Shown piece after piece: positions 1 to 11,605 of a stretch of 64,000 nt of DNA; within the stretch, counting starts at the first letter, position 1, and every line of letters starts with the position of its first letter. The notes under the pieces are model-generated. The model saw nothing but the letters and a program-made list of their open reading frames with translations. It was not told the DNA's origin and did not search any database. The position numbers and the translations under genes are program-made. The stretch comes from Tetramitus jugosus (lineage: Eukaryota > Protista > Heterolobosea). Location: the NCBI GenBank assembly GCA_937625935.1, contig OW569365.1, positions 434,001 to 498,000 on the forward strand, read 5' to 3'.

Positions 1-1300
1 CTTCTGTCAGATAGCGAGTAACGTCAGATCCATGACTCTTACATATAAACAGTAATAGCGATATAACCATTCCCCAGTCGCATGAAAAAGATCGAATACA
101 AGAATCGATCACATTCAACGCTTGTTGAACCGATAATAAGTGCATCATGTTCCTGAAGGCAAAATTCACGGAGTCTTCAGGAAGATTTATCCAATTCTCA
201 TAGGATTCAGGAACACTTGAAAATTTGAAAATATCGGTCAATTTAGACTTCTCAGATGACAGCAACATACCAATCTCCTTCAATACAACGTCCATATCTG
301 TTATCGACAGCTGTAAAGACTTCATATAAATCTCGATCACAATTTGATTATTCCTAAAGTAATTTGTCTTCCATTGCCGTAATGCCGTCGAGAACAAAGA
401 ATTAGCTTTCTTCCAGGTATCACTTCCTCCTCTTCGCGATTTAAAATTGTTTAACACTGCTTCAATCGCACAAAGATATCGACCGTTGCTAGACCAATAT
501 TCAGTCAAATGCGCAACTAACAAAACAGCATTCAACTTGTCTTGTAAACAAAACGATTCAATATAGGACTCAAAAGTGATCAATTGCCTTTCATCCAACA
601 TTTGAAGTACTCTCAAATCCAAAACTCGATACATATAATTACTGAAATAATCACCAGGCCGTAATAAACAGCGAACAAATAACTCTCGATTGAATTCGTG
701 CCTCCGTATTAGATCCTCTGCGACCTGACACAACACCTTCACTTTCTCTCTCACATGTGCATCGCTGTTCTCATGATCATTACCGCCGTCATCTCCATTT
801 TTCATCTCGTTGCTCTTTTTAATCGGTTGAAACTGCATCAACAAAATTGCAGTTGCCTTTGCATATTCGTTCGCCATCTCATCTCCATGCATCGAACAAT
901 AGTGATTCAACTCTGACAAGCACTGCACTGGGCTATCCAAAGACATTGACTTTATAAAACGTTCATTCAATCCCAATGTATGACGTCTTCCTCCATTTAT
1001 GAAGACTGTTCGATTGTCATTGGTGTTGATTGTTGTGTTGTTGTTCTGATCAGCACTCTGCATGATATTCAATACCTGTTCTATCACCATGGAATGTCGC
1101 TGATTGATACTCTCATTACTACCAACACCACTAGGATCCCATGGAAGAAAATGTGACCTACGTTGTCTCTTTGATTCATGGTGTTGTTGATGCTGTTGGT
1201 TGTGAATCGATTGGAAAATTTGTCTCAATGGGTCATGGTGATGAGGCAATGGTTGTGCCGTGTTTTGTTGCTCGACATCATCTGATCTGGATCTCTTCAT
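1..1300 (-). CDS. Partial ORF (runs off the window start), FANCA N-terminal-like helical protein
   Basis: Absent from the ORF track because it has no stop in the window. ATG at 1300 (MKRSRSDDVEQQ...), read by hand as open to base 1. Segments KVLCQVAEDLIRRHEFNRELFVRCLL...LRVLQMLDERQLITFESYIES and YENW...FAFRNMMHLLSVQQALNVIDSCIRSFSCDWGMVISLL resemble FANCA N-terminal motifs as I recall them. Confidence 0.55.
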   Translation of the reverse strand, partial: MKRSRSDDVEQQNTAQPLPHHHDPLRQIFQSIHNQQHQQHHESKRQRRSHFLPWDPSGVGSNESINQRHSMVIEQVLNIMQSADQNNNTTINTNDNRTVFINGGRRHTLGLNERFIKSMSLDSPVQCLSELNHYCSMHGDEMANEYAKATAILLMQFQPIKKSNEMKNGDDGGNDHENSDAHVREKVKVLCQVAEDLIRRHEFNRELFVRCLLRPGDYFSNYMYRVLDLRVLQMLDERQLITFESYIESFCLQDKLNAVLLVAHLTEYWSSNGRYLCAIEAVLNNFKSRRGGSDTWKKANSLFSTALRQWKTNYFRNNQIVIEIYMKSLQLSITDMDVVLKEIGMLLSSEKSKLTDIFKFSSVPESYENWINLPEDSVNFAFRNMMHLLSVQQALNVIDSCIRSFSCDWGMVISLLLFICKSHGSDVTRYLTE

Positions 1301-1483
1301 TGGAACATTGGGAAAGTGTTTCGATGGGTGATTATGAATGTGTTGTTGTTTGTCTTTTGTGAAGATGGGAAGTGATGGACTAGTTTTGATTGATTTCAAG
1401 AAATTGCTCGACAAAAAAGTGCAAGTACAAAAAGAACAAAGTTTTAATAATGGTTGAACTGTTCTTTGACGACAGCTAAACGT

Positions 1484-3592
1484 TTAGCTGGTCATGTATG
1501 AGTTGGTGTTGATCGAGTTTGGCATTGGTTGAATCTTGACCTCGAAACGGCTTTGAATTTGGCTCAACAACTGCTCGTCAGTGAATTCTCTCTTGAAACC
1601 AGTCTTTGTGGTTTCCATTGGTGCATCGGAGGAGATGAAAGAGATGGCAAGACCCTTGGTACCGAAACGACCTGCTCTACCAACTCTGTGCAAGTACTGG
1701 TCTGGGTCATTTGGCATATCATAGTTGATGACAATGTTGACTCTTTGAATATCGATACCACGACCCAAGATGTCGGTGGTAACAAGAATTCTCTTCTCAA
1801 AGTTCTTGAATGCCTCATATTGCTTGATTCTCTCCTCTTGAGACATGTTGGAATGCATCTCCATGGATGGGAAACTGTTATCGCACAACAACTTGTTCAA
1901 TTGACGAGCACGGACAACAGATCTGACGAAAATGACAACTTGATTGAATTCCAAAGCATCCAACAAGTCCATCAACTTCTTTTCCTTCTCATTCTCGGTC
2001 AACTTGACAAAGTATTGTTGGAGACCGTGGAGAGTGAGCTTGCTTTGATCATCAACGTAGATCTCAATAGGATCGTGCATAAATTTCTTAGCAACAGGCT
2101 TAATCTTCTCGCTCAATGTAGCAGAGAACATCATCACTTGCTTTTCCTTTGGAGTTAACTTGAAAATTTCTTGAACGTCAGCTCTCATGTCACCCTCCAA
2201 CATCTTGTCGCACTCATCCAAGACAAAGTGCTTGACCTTGCTCAAATCCAAGTGCTTTTCCTTGGCGAGCTCCAAAATACGGCCAGGAGTACCAACGACA
2301 ATGTTTGGCTTTTGATGAGCCAATTGATTCACTTGAGTGGTCTTGTTGACACCACCAAAGAACACCACAGTCTTCAAATCCTTGATGTGCTTGGAGAATC
2401 TGTGGTACTCATTACAAATTTGGTAGGCAAGTTCTCGAGTGTGGCAAAGGACGACACATTGAATTTGGTTTTCGATTGGATCAATTTGTTGCAATGTGGT
2501 GATCACAAACACAGCAGTCTTACCCATACCAGACTTGGCTTGGCAAATGACATCCATACCAATAATGGATTGTGGAATACATTCGTGTTGAACTAGAATA
2601 ATGGCGACAGCAGTGGTAATAATATGAATAGTCGTGGTAATAGTACGGTGATGAGAGAGAGAATGTGTCAGTTGATTTGAGGTCAAATAATGATTAGGGG
2701 AAAATTTGATAATATTGCCCTCAGTGAATGAATATATCAAATTTGATGAGAGAATAGAATTGTCGCCCAGTAAGTTCACAACAACAACCAAATGATTCCA
2801 AATTATGATGAATGACAATGTTGTTCCAACAACAAACGTGTCAATCACCTTACATGTTCCAACAACCATTGGTTTGTCGATCATCATCGTTTGGATCCAC
2901 GATCTGCCACACGACGACAGCGCACAACTTGAGAAAATAAAATTTTCAAACAACAACATGCGTAAAATTGGCCTTCTCTACCTCTCTCTTCCACCCTCAT
3001 GATCCAAAACACAACCAAGCTTCCAAAGAGAGAGAAAAAACATTTCTCTTCTTTCCTAGTCACGAAATCACACGAAGTGATAAGTGTCCATTGTGGAGCT
3101 CCTACCTATCATGATTCGCACACATCCAAGAATGTGAGATCCAGGGCAATTCATTCCACCATGTTTTGTTGCTTCTCTTATCAATGTTGTGATGAAAAAA
3201 GCACACTTGACACATTTTGGTCCAATGTGTGTGGTGTGGTATGGTACTAACAATAGTCGTTGTTTGTGAAATTGGGCAACTCTTCTGTGTCTCTCTTCAA
3301 AATTTGATACACATTCTACTTCTTGAACAATGTGCGTAGAGAGATAACACAGATAAAGAAACTTTGTTTAAGCTATACCTTCTGATGGATGCTCAAAACC
3401 ACAGTCAATGATGGCACGAAGCAACTCTGGCTTCAACAAGAAATCTCTGAAACCAGAACTGTTGATTGCTACATAACCCTTCTTGGCTTCCTTTGGCTTG
3501 ATGGACTCCTTGGAGTCCATTTGTTCGGCTTGGTCTTCTTCCTCAAAATCTGGAAGTTCTTCTTCAGTGGTTTGCTTTCTCTTTGATGACAT
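1484..3592 (-). CDS. SUB2: DECD-box RNA helicase UAP56/DDX39B (Sub2); 2 exons (3592-3379, 2592-1484)
   Basis: Motifs [25 protein letters not shown]|[35 protein letters not shown] intron 3378-2593 joins the two track ORFs in frame. Confidence 0.96.
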
Positions 3593-3938
3593 TGTTTATG
3601 ATTTGTTTACAGAATACAAAAGTTTGATTTCGTTTTTTTTGTGTTGTAGTTTCGCTTTTATAGTTCGGCAAAAGTATCTTTGAGTGAATGAAATTGGCGG
3701 TTTGTGGGATCAAAAGTTTGATTCTTCAACAAACAAGTTGACCTTGAGAGAAATTGTAACGGAATCCGATCACCCGAAATAGCACAAATTTTATTCCGAA
3801 TCGGCAAAAAATTTCTTCCCGCTTGCTTGAACATTCAATTTGTGGTAAATGTTTTTGCGCGGCAATTCTTCTTCGAAAGCTCGCGCACACAAGCGAATTC
3901 AACCTGATAAAAATAAACAAAAATTGATTTCGCGAGAG

Positions 3939-4916
3939 ATGCCCACTGGTAGCAGTAACGAATCCATACCTGTCATTCTCTTTGGAGGTGCTCTTGCAGG
4001 TGTCACCTCTGATGCCATTGTTCATCCTATTGACACGATTCGTGCTCGTCTTCAAGTAGCAACGACTAGTACCAACAACAAGGTTGGCTCTGCTGCAGCA
4101 GGACAACAACCATACAAGAGTGCTACACATGCATTCAGTCAGATTGTAAGGAATGAAGGTGTACCTGCACTCTATCGTGGTTTCTCTATTGTTGCGATTG
4201 GAACGATACCTGGTCATGCACTGTACTTTGGTGGATACGAGTTGAGTAAACAGTTTTTGAATCGAATCATGTTTGATCCGACACAAGATGAAAAGATCAA
4301 GGACGATTCGGTGATTGTTCATTTGACGAGTGGTCTCGTGGCTGATGTGGCAGGTGCATTGACGTGGACACCCATGGATGTGATTAAGCAGAGACTTCAA
4401 GTACAACAAAAGACGGGTCAGGCAGCAAAGTATAAGCATTCTTTGCATGCAATGCGTGTGATTATTGCAGAGGAAGGTGTGCGTGGATTGTTTAGAGGAT
4501 TTGGTACGGGTATTGCGACGTATGGACCCTATGTGTCACTCTATTTTGCGCTGTACGAACAGATCAAGATTTATGCTGCAAGTGAGAAGGCATTGAACAC
4601 AAAAGATGTCGGAAATTTGCCATTTTATGTTTATTTGTTTGGTTCGGCTTTGGCTGCTACATTCAGTGCTGCTGTTACGTGTCCACTCGATGTCGTCAAG
4701 ACTAGAGTCCAAGTGCAACAAAAGTTGCCTTCAGGTGAGTACCAATACAAGAATGGATTCGATGCCATGAGACAAATTATTAAGAACGAGGGAACAAGTG
4801 CATTGTTCCAGGGAGTGAAGCCACGTTGCTTGTGGATTGCAGGAGGCACAGCAATTACTATGCTGGCCTACGAAGAAATTAAGAAATGGATACATACGAT
4901 TCAAGATTCCACATAA
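3939..4916 (+). CDS. Mitochondrial carrier (SLC25 family; mitoferrin/SLC25A44-like)
   Basis: Three PxDxxK/R signatures (PIDTIRAR, PMDVIKQR, PLDVVKTR). Probable start is MPTGSS at 3939. Confidence 0.9.
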   Translation: MPTGSSNESIPVILFGGALAGVTSDAIVHPIDTIRARLQVATTSTNNKVGSAAAGQQPYKSATHAFSQIVRNEGVPALYRGFSIVAIGTIPGHALYFGGYELSKQFLNRIMFDPTQDEKIKDDSVIVHLTSGLVADVAGALTWTPMDVIKQRLQVQQKTGQAAKYKHSLHAMRVIIAEEGVRGLFRGFGTGIATYGPYVSLYFALYEQIKIYAASEKALNTKDVGNLPFYVYLFGSALAATFSAAVTCPLDVVKTRVQVQQKLPSGEYQYKNGFDAMRQIIKNEGTSALFQGVKPRCLWIAGGTAITMLAYEEIKKWIHTIQDST

Positions 4917-5026
4917 CAAAAGTGTTGGTGAGATTCAATGGGCGCAACACTTGAAATTGATCGTGGATCGATGGGCACAGGAGAACAAGTTAAGACGTCT
5001 CTGGTAGCATTTTGTAGGACAATTAT

Positions 5027-8000
5027 TTATTCTTGTGCAGCTAGTAAAGCATCGGCAGTATCTAGTAGTAATTCCTCAAGCAATGCATCTGCTATCTCTA
5101 GTTTTGTCTGGGACTTCTCTTGTATGATGTTTCCCCAGCAAGAATACGATGTGTTTGTTTTGGCAGCTGCCGATAACGTAGGCGCCTCCTTCATTTCCAT
5201 GAGAGCAAAGTCAAAGAATTCAGAAGAGGTGGAGAAGTTCAGTGCCGCTTCTATCTTGTTGTGAATGAATTTTGTGAGATCCAAATCACCTTGTTGTTTC
5301 TTATTCTGGGACCAGCTCCGTGTGAGATACTCTGATCGATTAAAGATGTATCCTTGATATGTAGGGACACTCTTTGTACAACTTGCTTCGTCATTCATCT
5401 TGTTATACTCTACAATGAACTCGTTTACACAATCAAATATCAGCCGATTGAATACCGATTGTTCATCAGTCTTTGATTTCTGGTTTAGTTCACTCAGTAC
5501 ACCTTCCTTGACAGTATTCACTCTCTTCTCTCCGTTTATGCTTGTTCTTTCCAACAACTGGTTGACAAAAGAATTAACATATTCCTGATCTAGCTGAACA
5601 AATTTGGATGGCCCTCTTATTGGAGGAAGATCCTGTAAGTTAGTGTTGGAAGAGTCCTCCTGAGAATGATCATCAATTTCTTCTTGTTGCACCTCTAGTG
5701 GCGTTCGACCTCCATCAAATTGTTCGTTAGCTGATTCACTAACCTGATTCACTGGAAAATGATCTTCCAAAGTAGTGTCTTCGGATATCGTTTCTGAAAT
5801 GATGCTGTCAGATATTTGAGAATCGTCTGGCGAAGATGGATGAGTCATCAACTGCTTTACAATGTCCAATTCGTTTCTCAAATTCTGAGCCAAGGAATCC
5901 TTCATTGATATTGTCTTTTCTAGTTGTTGAATTCTTAAGCTGGATTCCTTTGAAAGCTCCTCAAATTCGTTCTCATTCTTCCTACTGGTTTCTTTTAGGG
6001 TGTTGAGTTGAGAATGTAATTCAGCAATTCTATTTTCATATCGGTCGATGGCTTCTTGGACATCTCCACTCTTTTCTTCCTCTCTCGTTTTGTAGAGTAT
6101 TACTTCTTTCTTAAGTTTTTCAGATTCGTTTCTTGACATCATCAATTCTTTGTTCAGCTGATCCACTTTGTTCTGGACTTCTTCCTTGGGAACAGAATTA
6201 TCTATTTCTTTTGTTTTAATCTCGATAATTTCTTCCAGCTCCTTTATCCTCATTTCGTAATAGTGACACTGTTCTCTCCATTCATTTCTATCTTCTTTTT
6301 GGTCGATCCACTCCTTTTCTTTTGTTTCGAGCTTCACTTTTAGTTCAATCACTTGTTTTTCTTTGAGATCGAGGTCAGCTTGCAGGAGTTGTACTTGGTC
6401 ATTATTCGACTTGATTTGAGTGTTGATGAGAATTGCATTTTCTTCAAGCCGTTTCTTTTCAACTTGGACTGACTCTAAATCTAGATGCAGTTTTTCACAA
6501 CTGAGTTCCACTTCTCTCAATTTGGTTTGAAGAGAATGGCTCTGTACTTTAAGTTTTGATGATTCCTCTTCAAAAAGTTCTATTCTAGATTCCAAAGAGC
6601 TAATGATATTGTCCTTTTCGACGCATAATCGTTTTTGGTTGTCGAGATCGCGCTTCATCTCAGCAATTAGAGTTTCAAATTGATTCGTTGTCAGTTGATT
6701 ATGTTCCTTCTCCTTCAATTGTTGAAGATTGAACTGCTCTCTGATGTTGTTTGTTTCTGTTCGCGAAGCAGCTATTTCTTCTTGCAATAGGTTCAATTTC
6801 ACTCGGTACGTTTGGCTTAGTTCCTCCATTTCTCTTTCGTGTTCCTTTTTTGAAATAGTTCTCTCAATATGAAGTTTGAGATCCTTCTCCATCTTTTGCT
6901 TGACTCTTTCTGATTCACTCAACGATGATGTAATCTCCTCGGACAATTGTTGAATCTGCTCCTGGAGTGCTCTTATTTCTTCATTCTTTCTCTTTATACT
7001 GGATTCAAGCTTGTGGAACAGTTGATCGTTCATCTGTTGCTTGTTTAGAAATTGTTCGTTCATGACTTGCAGATGACTATTTCTCTCCATCTCATCCCTA
7101 TGTTTTTTCAATAACTCTGCTTCACGTTCAATCTTAAAATCTAAAGATTGTTTCATTTCCTGGATTATTTTGTTTGCTGAAGCTAATTGAGATTCGAGAT
7201 CGATGATCTGATTATTTTGCTGAGTGGAAGTTCCTTGGATCTGTGTTGCCTCTAAAGAATTTTCTTTGGTTCGTTCGACAAGATACGATATTTTCTCTTC
7301 CAGATGAGCTTCTCTCTTCTTCATTGAGTTCAAGCTATCTCTTAAACTCGAGATTGTTCCTTCCTTCTCAACATTCTGATTGGATAAGATTAGCAGCTGT
7401 TCCTTGAGAGATTGTTGCTCATTTCTTAAACTAATGATATCATTGTTGTCTGTATGAACAGTTGTGGTGTGAATATTCTTCTTTTCCATCGTGAGTGCTA
7501 GTAAAATATCGAGTAATTTCCGGTTTTGACCTTGGTTCGCTTCATTCTGCCTCACTAATTCTTCTACTCTTTCGGTAAGCTTCAGTATCTTTTCATCATG
7601 TTCGTATTGTTTAGATTGAGTGGATTCAAAGTGTTGATTCCTTTCCGAGACAGTGGGTACAGTTTCGACACTATCCTCTTCCTCACTCACATTCTCAACT
7701 ATTGAAGAATCTTCGATATCAGGCAGAACATTACTCTCATGAGAAGAATAGGAGATCATCTGCGGAGGAGCTGAAGAAGGTCTCTTGGCGCCATTAACTT
7801 GTTCGTCGTATGGCTGGTCATTAAAATGATGTTTCGGTCGATCGATAGATCCCTTCTTAGTTTTCTTGATTTCTTTCTCTGCATGGTAGTAAACCTTTTC
7901 ATCACCTAAATAGATATCATCATTGAAATGTTCATAGCGGTAACCGCCTACAGCGTCGAAATGTTCCCTCGAGGTAGAACTTTGTTTCTTACTCGAGAAT

Positions 8001-8663
8001 TTCTTCTCTCCGTTTGAGTTTACTATCTTTTTCTTCTTAATTTTCTTAATGATCTTTGGATTAGGTGGAGGAGGGAGATTCCCTATTTTGTATTGTTGTT
8101 GAACAAACTTATCTAAATCCTTTAGCATCTTTGTTCGTTTCATATCGGATTCCTCCTTGGACTTTCTTTCATTCTTCAGTTTTAATGTCGTTTCTATCTG
8201 CTTCTTCCTCATAAATTCCTTTTACACAAATTGTTAGTACTTCCTCTTCTGGTGTTTCATTTTAGCGACATACCTTCACTTTTTCCTCGTCATAAGTCTT
8301 CTTTCGCTCCTTCCTCAGATAATAGGGCAGATCAGAGTTCGTATTTTGATTGGCCATTCGGGTAACATTATCGCTACTCACATTCGTCTGATGGTTCATC
8401 GCTGAGACCATGTTAGATCCAGCAGACACTGTTTTATTCGATGTTTTGTTCATTCTCGATCCATCTTTCACTGAAATAGAGGTACTACTCCCTGGGGTAG
8501 CAATTGTCGCGACAATAGAAGTGTTCGTCTTCTGACTCGTTTTGCTTAAGATCGAGCTTGAATTCTTGGAGGGAACAGGAGTAGAAGAGGATTTGATCCT
8601 CTGGGAAGGTAATACTCCTTTCAACTGAGTACCTATTTTTCCATTTGTTTGGTGGATCACCAT
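5027..8663 (-). CDS. Large coiled-coil protein with C-terminal DUF4378 (CEP350/TRM-like); 2 exons, intron 8273-8219
   Basis: A 55-nt GT-AG intron with a TACTAAC branch point joins the 8729-8262 and 8212-5027 ORFs in frame. C-terminal RLIFDCVNE...KLEIADALLEELLLDT matches the CEP350/TRM M2-type motif. Start codon uncertain. Confidence 0.65.
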
Positions 8664-8768
8664 TGTGAATGACCTAGTTCTGTTCTGTTGAGTGAAAAAT
8701 CGGTGATTTGATGTTGATCGAAGCGCCAACGCTTGCTTACAGTAACCGACCTTGAATCGGTGAATTAT

Positions 8769-11396
8769 TTATATGTTCAAAGAGAAACCTCCGCCAGTGA
8801 AATGTTGTTGATTGGGATTGTGAATCACGGGATACATCTCAGCGGCTTCTCTCAGTTTTTGTCGTTCCTTGTCTTGTGCGACTTGTTCCTTCTTCCTCAC
8901 AGCGAGATATTTCTTCTTTGTGTCTTGTAATTCCTTGGCCACTCTCTCTCTGTCATACTCGATTTCTTTAATCTTAAACATGAACATGTTAATTTCCGAG
9001 GCCATGGATTTCATTTGTGCATTCTTTTTCTTCAGCGTTTCTTGATAGACATTTAATTGCTCGGCGAGCTCGGGTCCTGGTTGTCTAGCTAATATAGCCT
9101 TCAGTTCACTATGTAACTTATCCTTCTCCTGTATTATTAAATCCTTCTCCATCACTTCTTGAGTCTTTGATATTAATCTCTTCTGCAATGTTTGTGTTTT
9201 AAGGATCATTTCATAAGCTGTAGGGTCACTGCCTTCGAGTTTTCTCCATCTATGTACATTCATTGGATTTTCAAGCTCTTCCGATAGAGCTTTGACTTTT
9301 GTTCGCTCTTGTAACACTAATTTTTGTAGTTGGTGCTTCTCAAGCTTCAAGTCCTTAATTTTTGAGATCTGAGAGCTCAACACATGTAACTTCCGGCTGA
9401 GTTCAGAGAGTTTGAGTTTAAGCATTCGTATGTCTTCTACCTTCTCTCTAAATTGAACAGCACCCTTATCTAAAGCACTATTCTGGATCTGAATTTTTTC
9501 ATAGAGAAGGGCAATCTCATCGTTTCTTCTGATTAATTGAGTACCAAGAATATCTCTCTCGCTAGTGACTCGCTCTATGTCACTCAGCTGCTTCATTCGA
9601 TCGTTTTCGGATTCTTTAATAATTTGGTTCAACCGATAACTTTCTTTCTTCAAGTTATGTATCGTTGTTTCGTGCTTCTCAGCTTTAGCCTTGAACGATT
9701 GAGCTTCCTCTTTAAATCTCTCCTTTTCCTTCGTCTCTTTGATCACCCGTACAGTCTCCTCCGCGTGTTTCATTGATATCGCTTTCATTTCTTCCTTCTG
9801 CTGCGATACTTGATGAGATATAATCTTCAGTTTCTTCTTGAGCTCATCCAATTCCTCAAATGCATCGTTCAAGGCTTTACCCTTAGAATTTCGGTCACTT
9901 CTCACCTGTTCGTACAAAGCTTGTTGTTGTTTCAGCTTTTCCTGAGCATCAACAATCTTCTTTTGAAGATCATGATTTTCAAGTTTCTTGATTTTGACTT
10001 CCTCGAGAGCTTGGAAGTACTTTTGGGTCGCCTCAGATTTATCAGTCGAATACTTGTTTCTCTCCTTTGTCAACAACCGATTTTCGACTCGTAGTTCTTC
10101 AGCAACTCTCATATATGCTTTTAACTTTCTTTCCAAATCATTCTTCTGAGCATCTGACATTAACAATAAACTTTCATTTTTGATCTTATCTTTCCGTGTC
10201 TTAACATTTTCCCTGTTCAAGTAGTTGTTATCAGCCCGTAACTTTTCATAATCCTTGCGATCAGAGGACTTATCTGTTTCCAACTTTCTAATTTCCTCTT
10301 CATACCCCTTTTGTAGACTATCCATTTTAATTTGCATACTTCGATTGTCCTCTCTTCTTCGTTCTTCCAGGCTTCGAATCTTTTCTTCTGTTGCTTGAAG
10401 AAGATTCTTGATCCTGTGAGCTTCGTCTCGAGCAACCTTCAGGGCTCGTTCTTTCATGGCAAGTTCTGTTTGAATGGCTGATCGATCTGCCTCAATAGCG
10501 GCAGTTTTTTTCAGTGTTACTCTCAGTTGTTCCTCTGCTTCCTCATTCTTTTGGAATAGGAGCTGTTTCTCCATCTCTGTGTCCTTGATGTGTTTCTCCA
10601 TTTTCTTCTTGGCAGTTTCCAAGTTCTCAATGTATTCCTGTTGTGTCTGTATCTGGTGTCTGTATGATTCGATTTCATCTCTCTTTTGTTCCAAGATTTC
10701 TTGCCTCGCTTTGGATTCCTTGTCAGCTTTTTCTCGATGTCCTCTCTCTCTATCTAACTCTTGTCTGTATTGGTTCAGAGTTTCTTCAGTTTCCTGTAGC
10801 GACTGGACAATTTGTTTCTTCTCTTGATTGAGCTTGTTGATTTGTCTCTGGAGATTTCCCATGTGATTATTCATTTCTACAATTTGGGATTGTTGTACAT
10901 CTCTCTCCTGAACCAGTTCTCTCTTTTCCTTTACTAGTTCGTTAATCGCTTCCTGATCCCCATTACTCATTCCCGCACTATTGTCAGCCAACTTACTAAA
11001 CTTGCTCAGTTCTTTCGTTAATTGAGCAATTGTCTCTTTGGCTTTCGCTTCTTTATCATGGGACGCTGCCACCATATTCCACGCCTTCTCAATTTCCTTT
11101 CTCAATTCCATAATCGTATTCTGATCATCTTTACTCAACATAATAGCCGTTTCAATCTTTGAAGCATTTGCTAGAATTTCTTCATTCAATTCTTCCACTT
11201 TCTGAAGGAGTCTCTTCTCATGTTGATGCGACCGAAGCAATGTACGATGGAGTTTATCATACTCTACCCTAAACTTTTCCAAATGTTCATCACCTGACAA
11301 CTCGAGCAAAACTTCTTGAAATTCTCGTTCCAGAGCTTCGAAGGCAGAACTACTGAGAATTAGTTCAGCATCCTTGTGTTTTTCTTCTATCCCCAT
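8769..11396 (-). CDS. CFAP58: Cilia- and flagella-associated protein 58 (CCDC147)
   Basis: SAFEALEREFQEVL..LSGD..LEKFR.EY, ERDILGTQLIRRNDEIALLYEKI, LENPMNVHRWRKLEGSDP, C-terminal FTGGGF. Probable 5'UTR intron 11443-11398. Confidence 0.92.
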   Translation of the reverse strand: MGIEEKHKDAELILSSSAFEALEREFQEVLLELSGDEHLEKFRVEYDKLHRTLLRSHQHEKRLLQKVEELNEEILANASKIETAIMLSKDDQNTIMELRKEIEKAWNMVAASHDKEAKAKETIAQLTKELSKFSKLADNSAGMSNGDQEAINELVKEKRELVQERDVQQSQIVEMNNHMGNLQRQINKLNQEKKQIVQSLQETEETLNQYRQELDRERGHREKADKESKARQEILEQKRDEIESYRHQIQTQQEYIENLETAKKKMEKHIKDTEMEKQLLFQKNEEAEEQLRVTLKKTAAIEADRSAIQTELAMKERALKVARDEAHRIKNLLQATEEKIRSLEERRREDNRSMQIKMDSLQKGYEEEIRKLETDKSSDRKDYEKLRADNNYLNRENVKTRKDKIKNESLLLMSDAQKNDLERKLKAYMRVAEELRVENRLLTKERNKYSTDKSEATQKYFQALEEVKIKKLENHDLQKKIVDAQEKLKQQQALYEQVRSDRNSKGKALNDAFEELDELKKKLKIISHQVSQQKEEMKAISMKHAEETVRVIKETKEKERFKEEAQSFKAKAEKHETTIHNLKKESYRLNQIIKESENDRMKQLSDIERVTSERDILGTQLIRRNDEIALLYEKIQIQNSALDKGAVQFREKVEDIRMLKLKLSELSRKLHVLSSQISKIKDLKLEKHQLQKLVLQERTKVKALSEELENPMNVHRWRKLEGSDPTAYEMILKTQTLQKRLISKTQEVMEKDLIIQEKDKLHSELKAILARQPGPELAEQLNVYQETLKKKNAQMKSMASEINMFMFKIKEIEYDRERVAKELQDTKKKYLAVRKKEQVAQDKERQKLREAAEMYPVIHNPNQQHFTGGGFSLNI

Positions 11397-11528
11397 TCTA
11401 TTGGAGAATGATAAAAGTTATATAACAATAAATAATCAAGTACCTCTGCTGGCGCGAAGTTTTCTTCCTAGTGATATTCTCTGTTGTAGTTGAAATCGCC
11501 CAAATGGGCGCGACCGTTGAGATGGACA

Positions 11529-11537
11529 GGCGGGAAA
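11529..11537. promoter_or_regulatory. E2F-type site GGCGGGAAA upstream of CFAP58 (second site TGGCGCGAA at 11450-11458)
   Basis: Matches TTTSSCGC on the reverse strand. The same 9-mer lies upstream of CFAP52. Confidence 0.45.
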
Positions 11538-11605
11538 GCAGGATTTGACGAAAAAGAAAAACATCTTTACTGAGAATGTTCGATCCTCTTGGCTGAATAA
11601 AATGA

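Noticed and set aside
1529-2596. Long antisense ORFs over UAP56, and similar shadow ORFs over most genes
   Set aside because: By-products of codon bias or low-complexity tracts on the coding strand; no motifs.
2721-2887. C/D snoRNA call in the UAP56 intron
   Set aside because: Box C to box D spacing is about 167 nt, with no terminal stem or recognisable guide. Kept only as a lead.
2593-2959. N-terminal 122 aa of the track ORF 1484-2959
   Set aside because: Intron read-through from a TTG start. The real N-terminus is exon 1 at 3592-3379.
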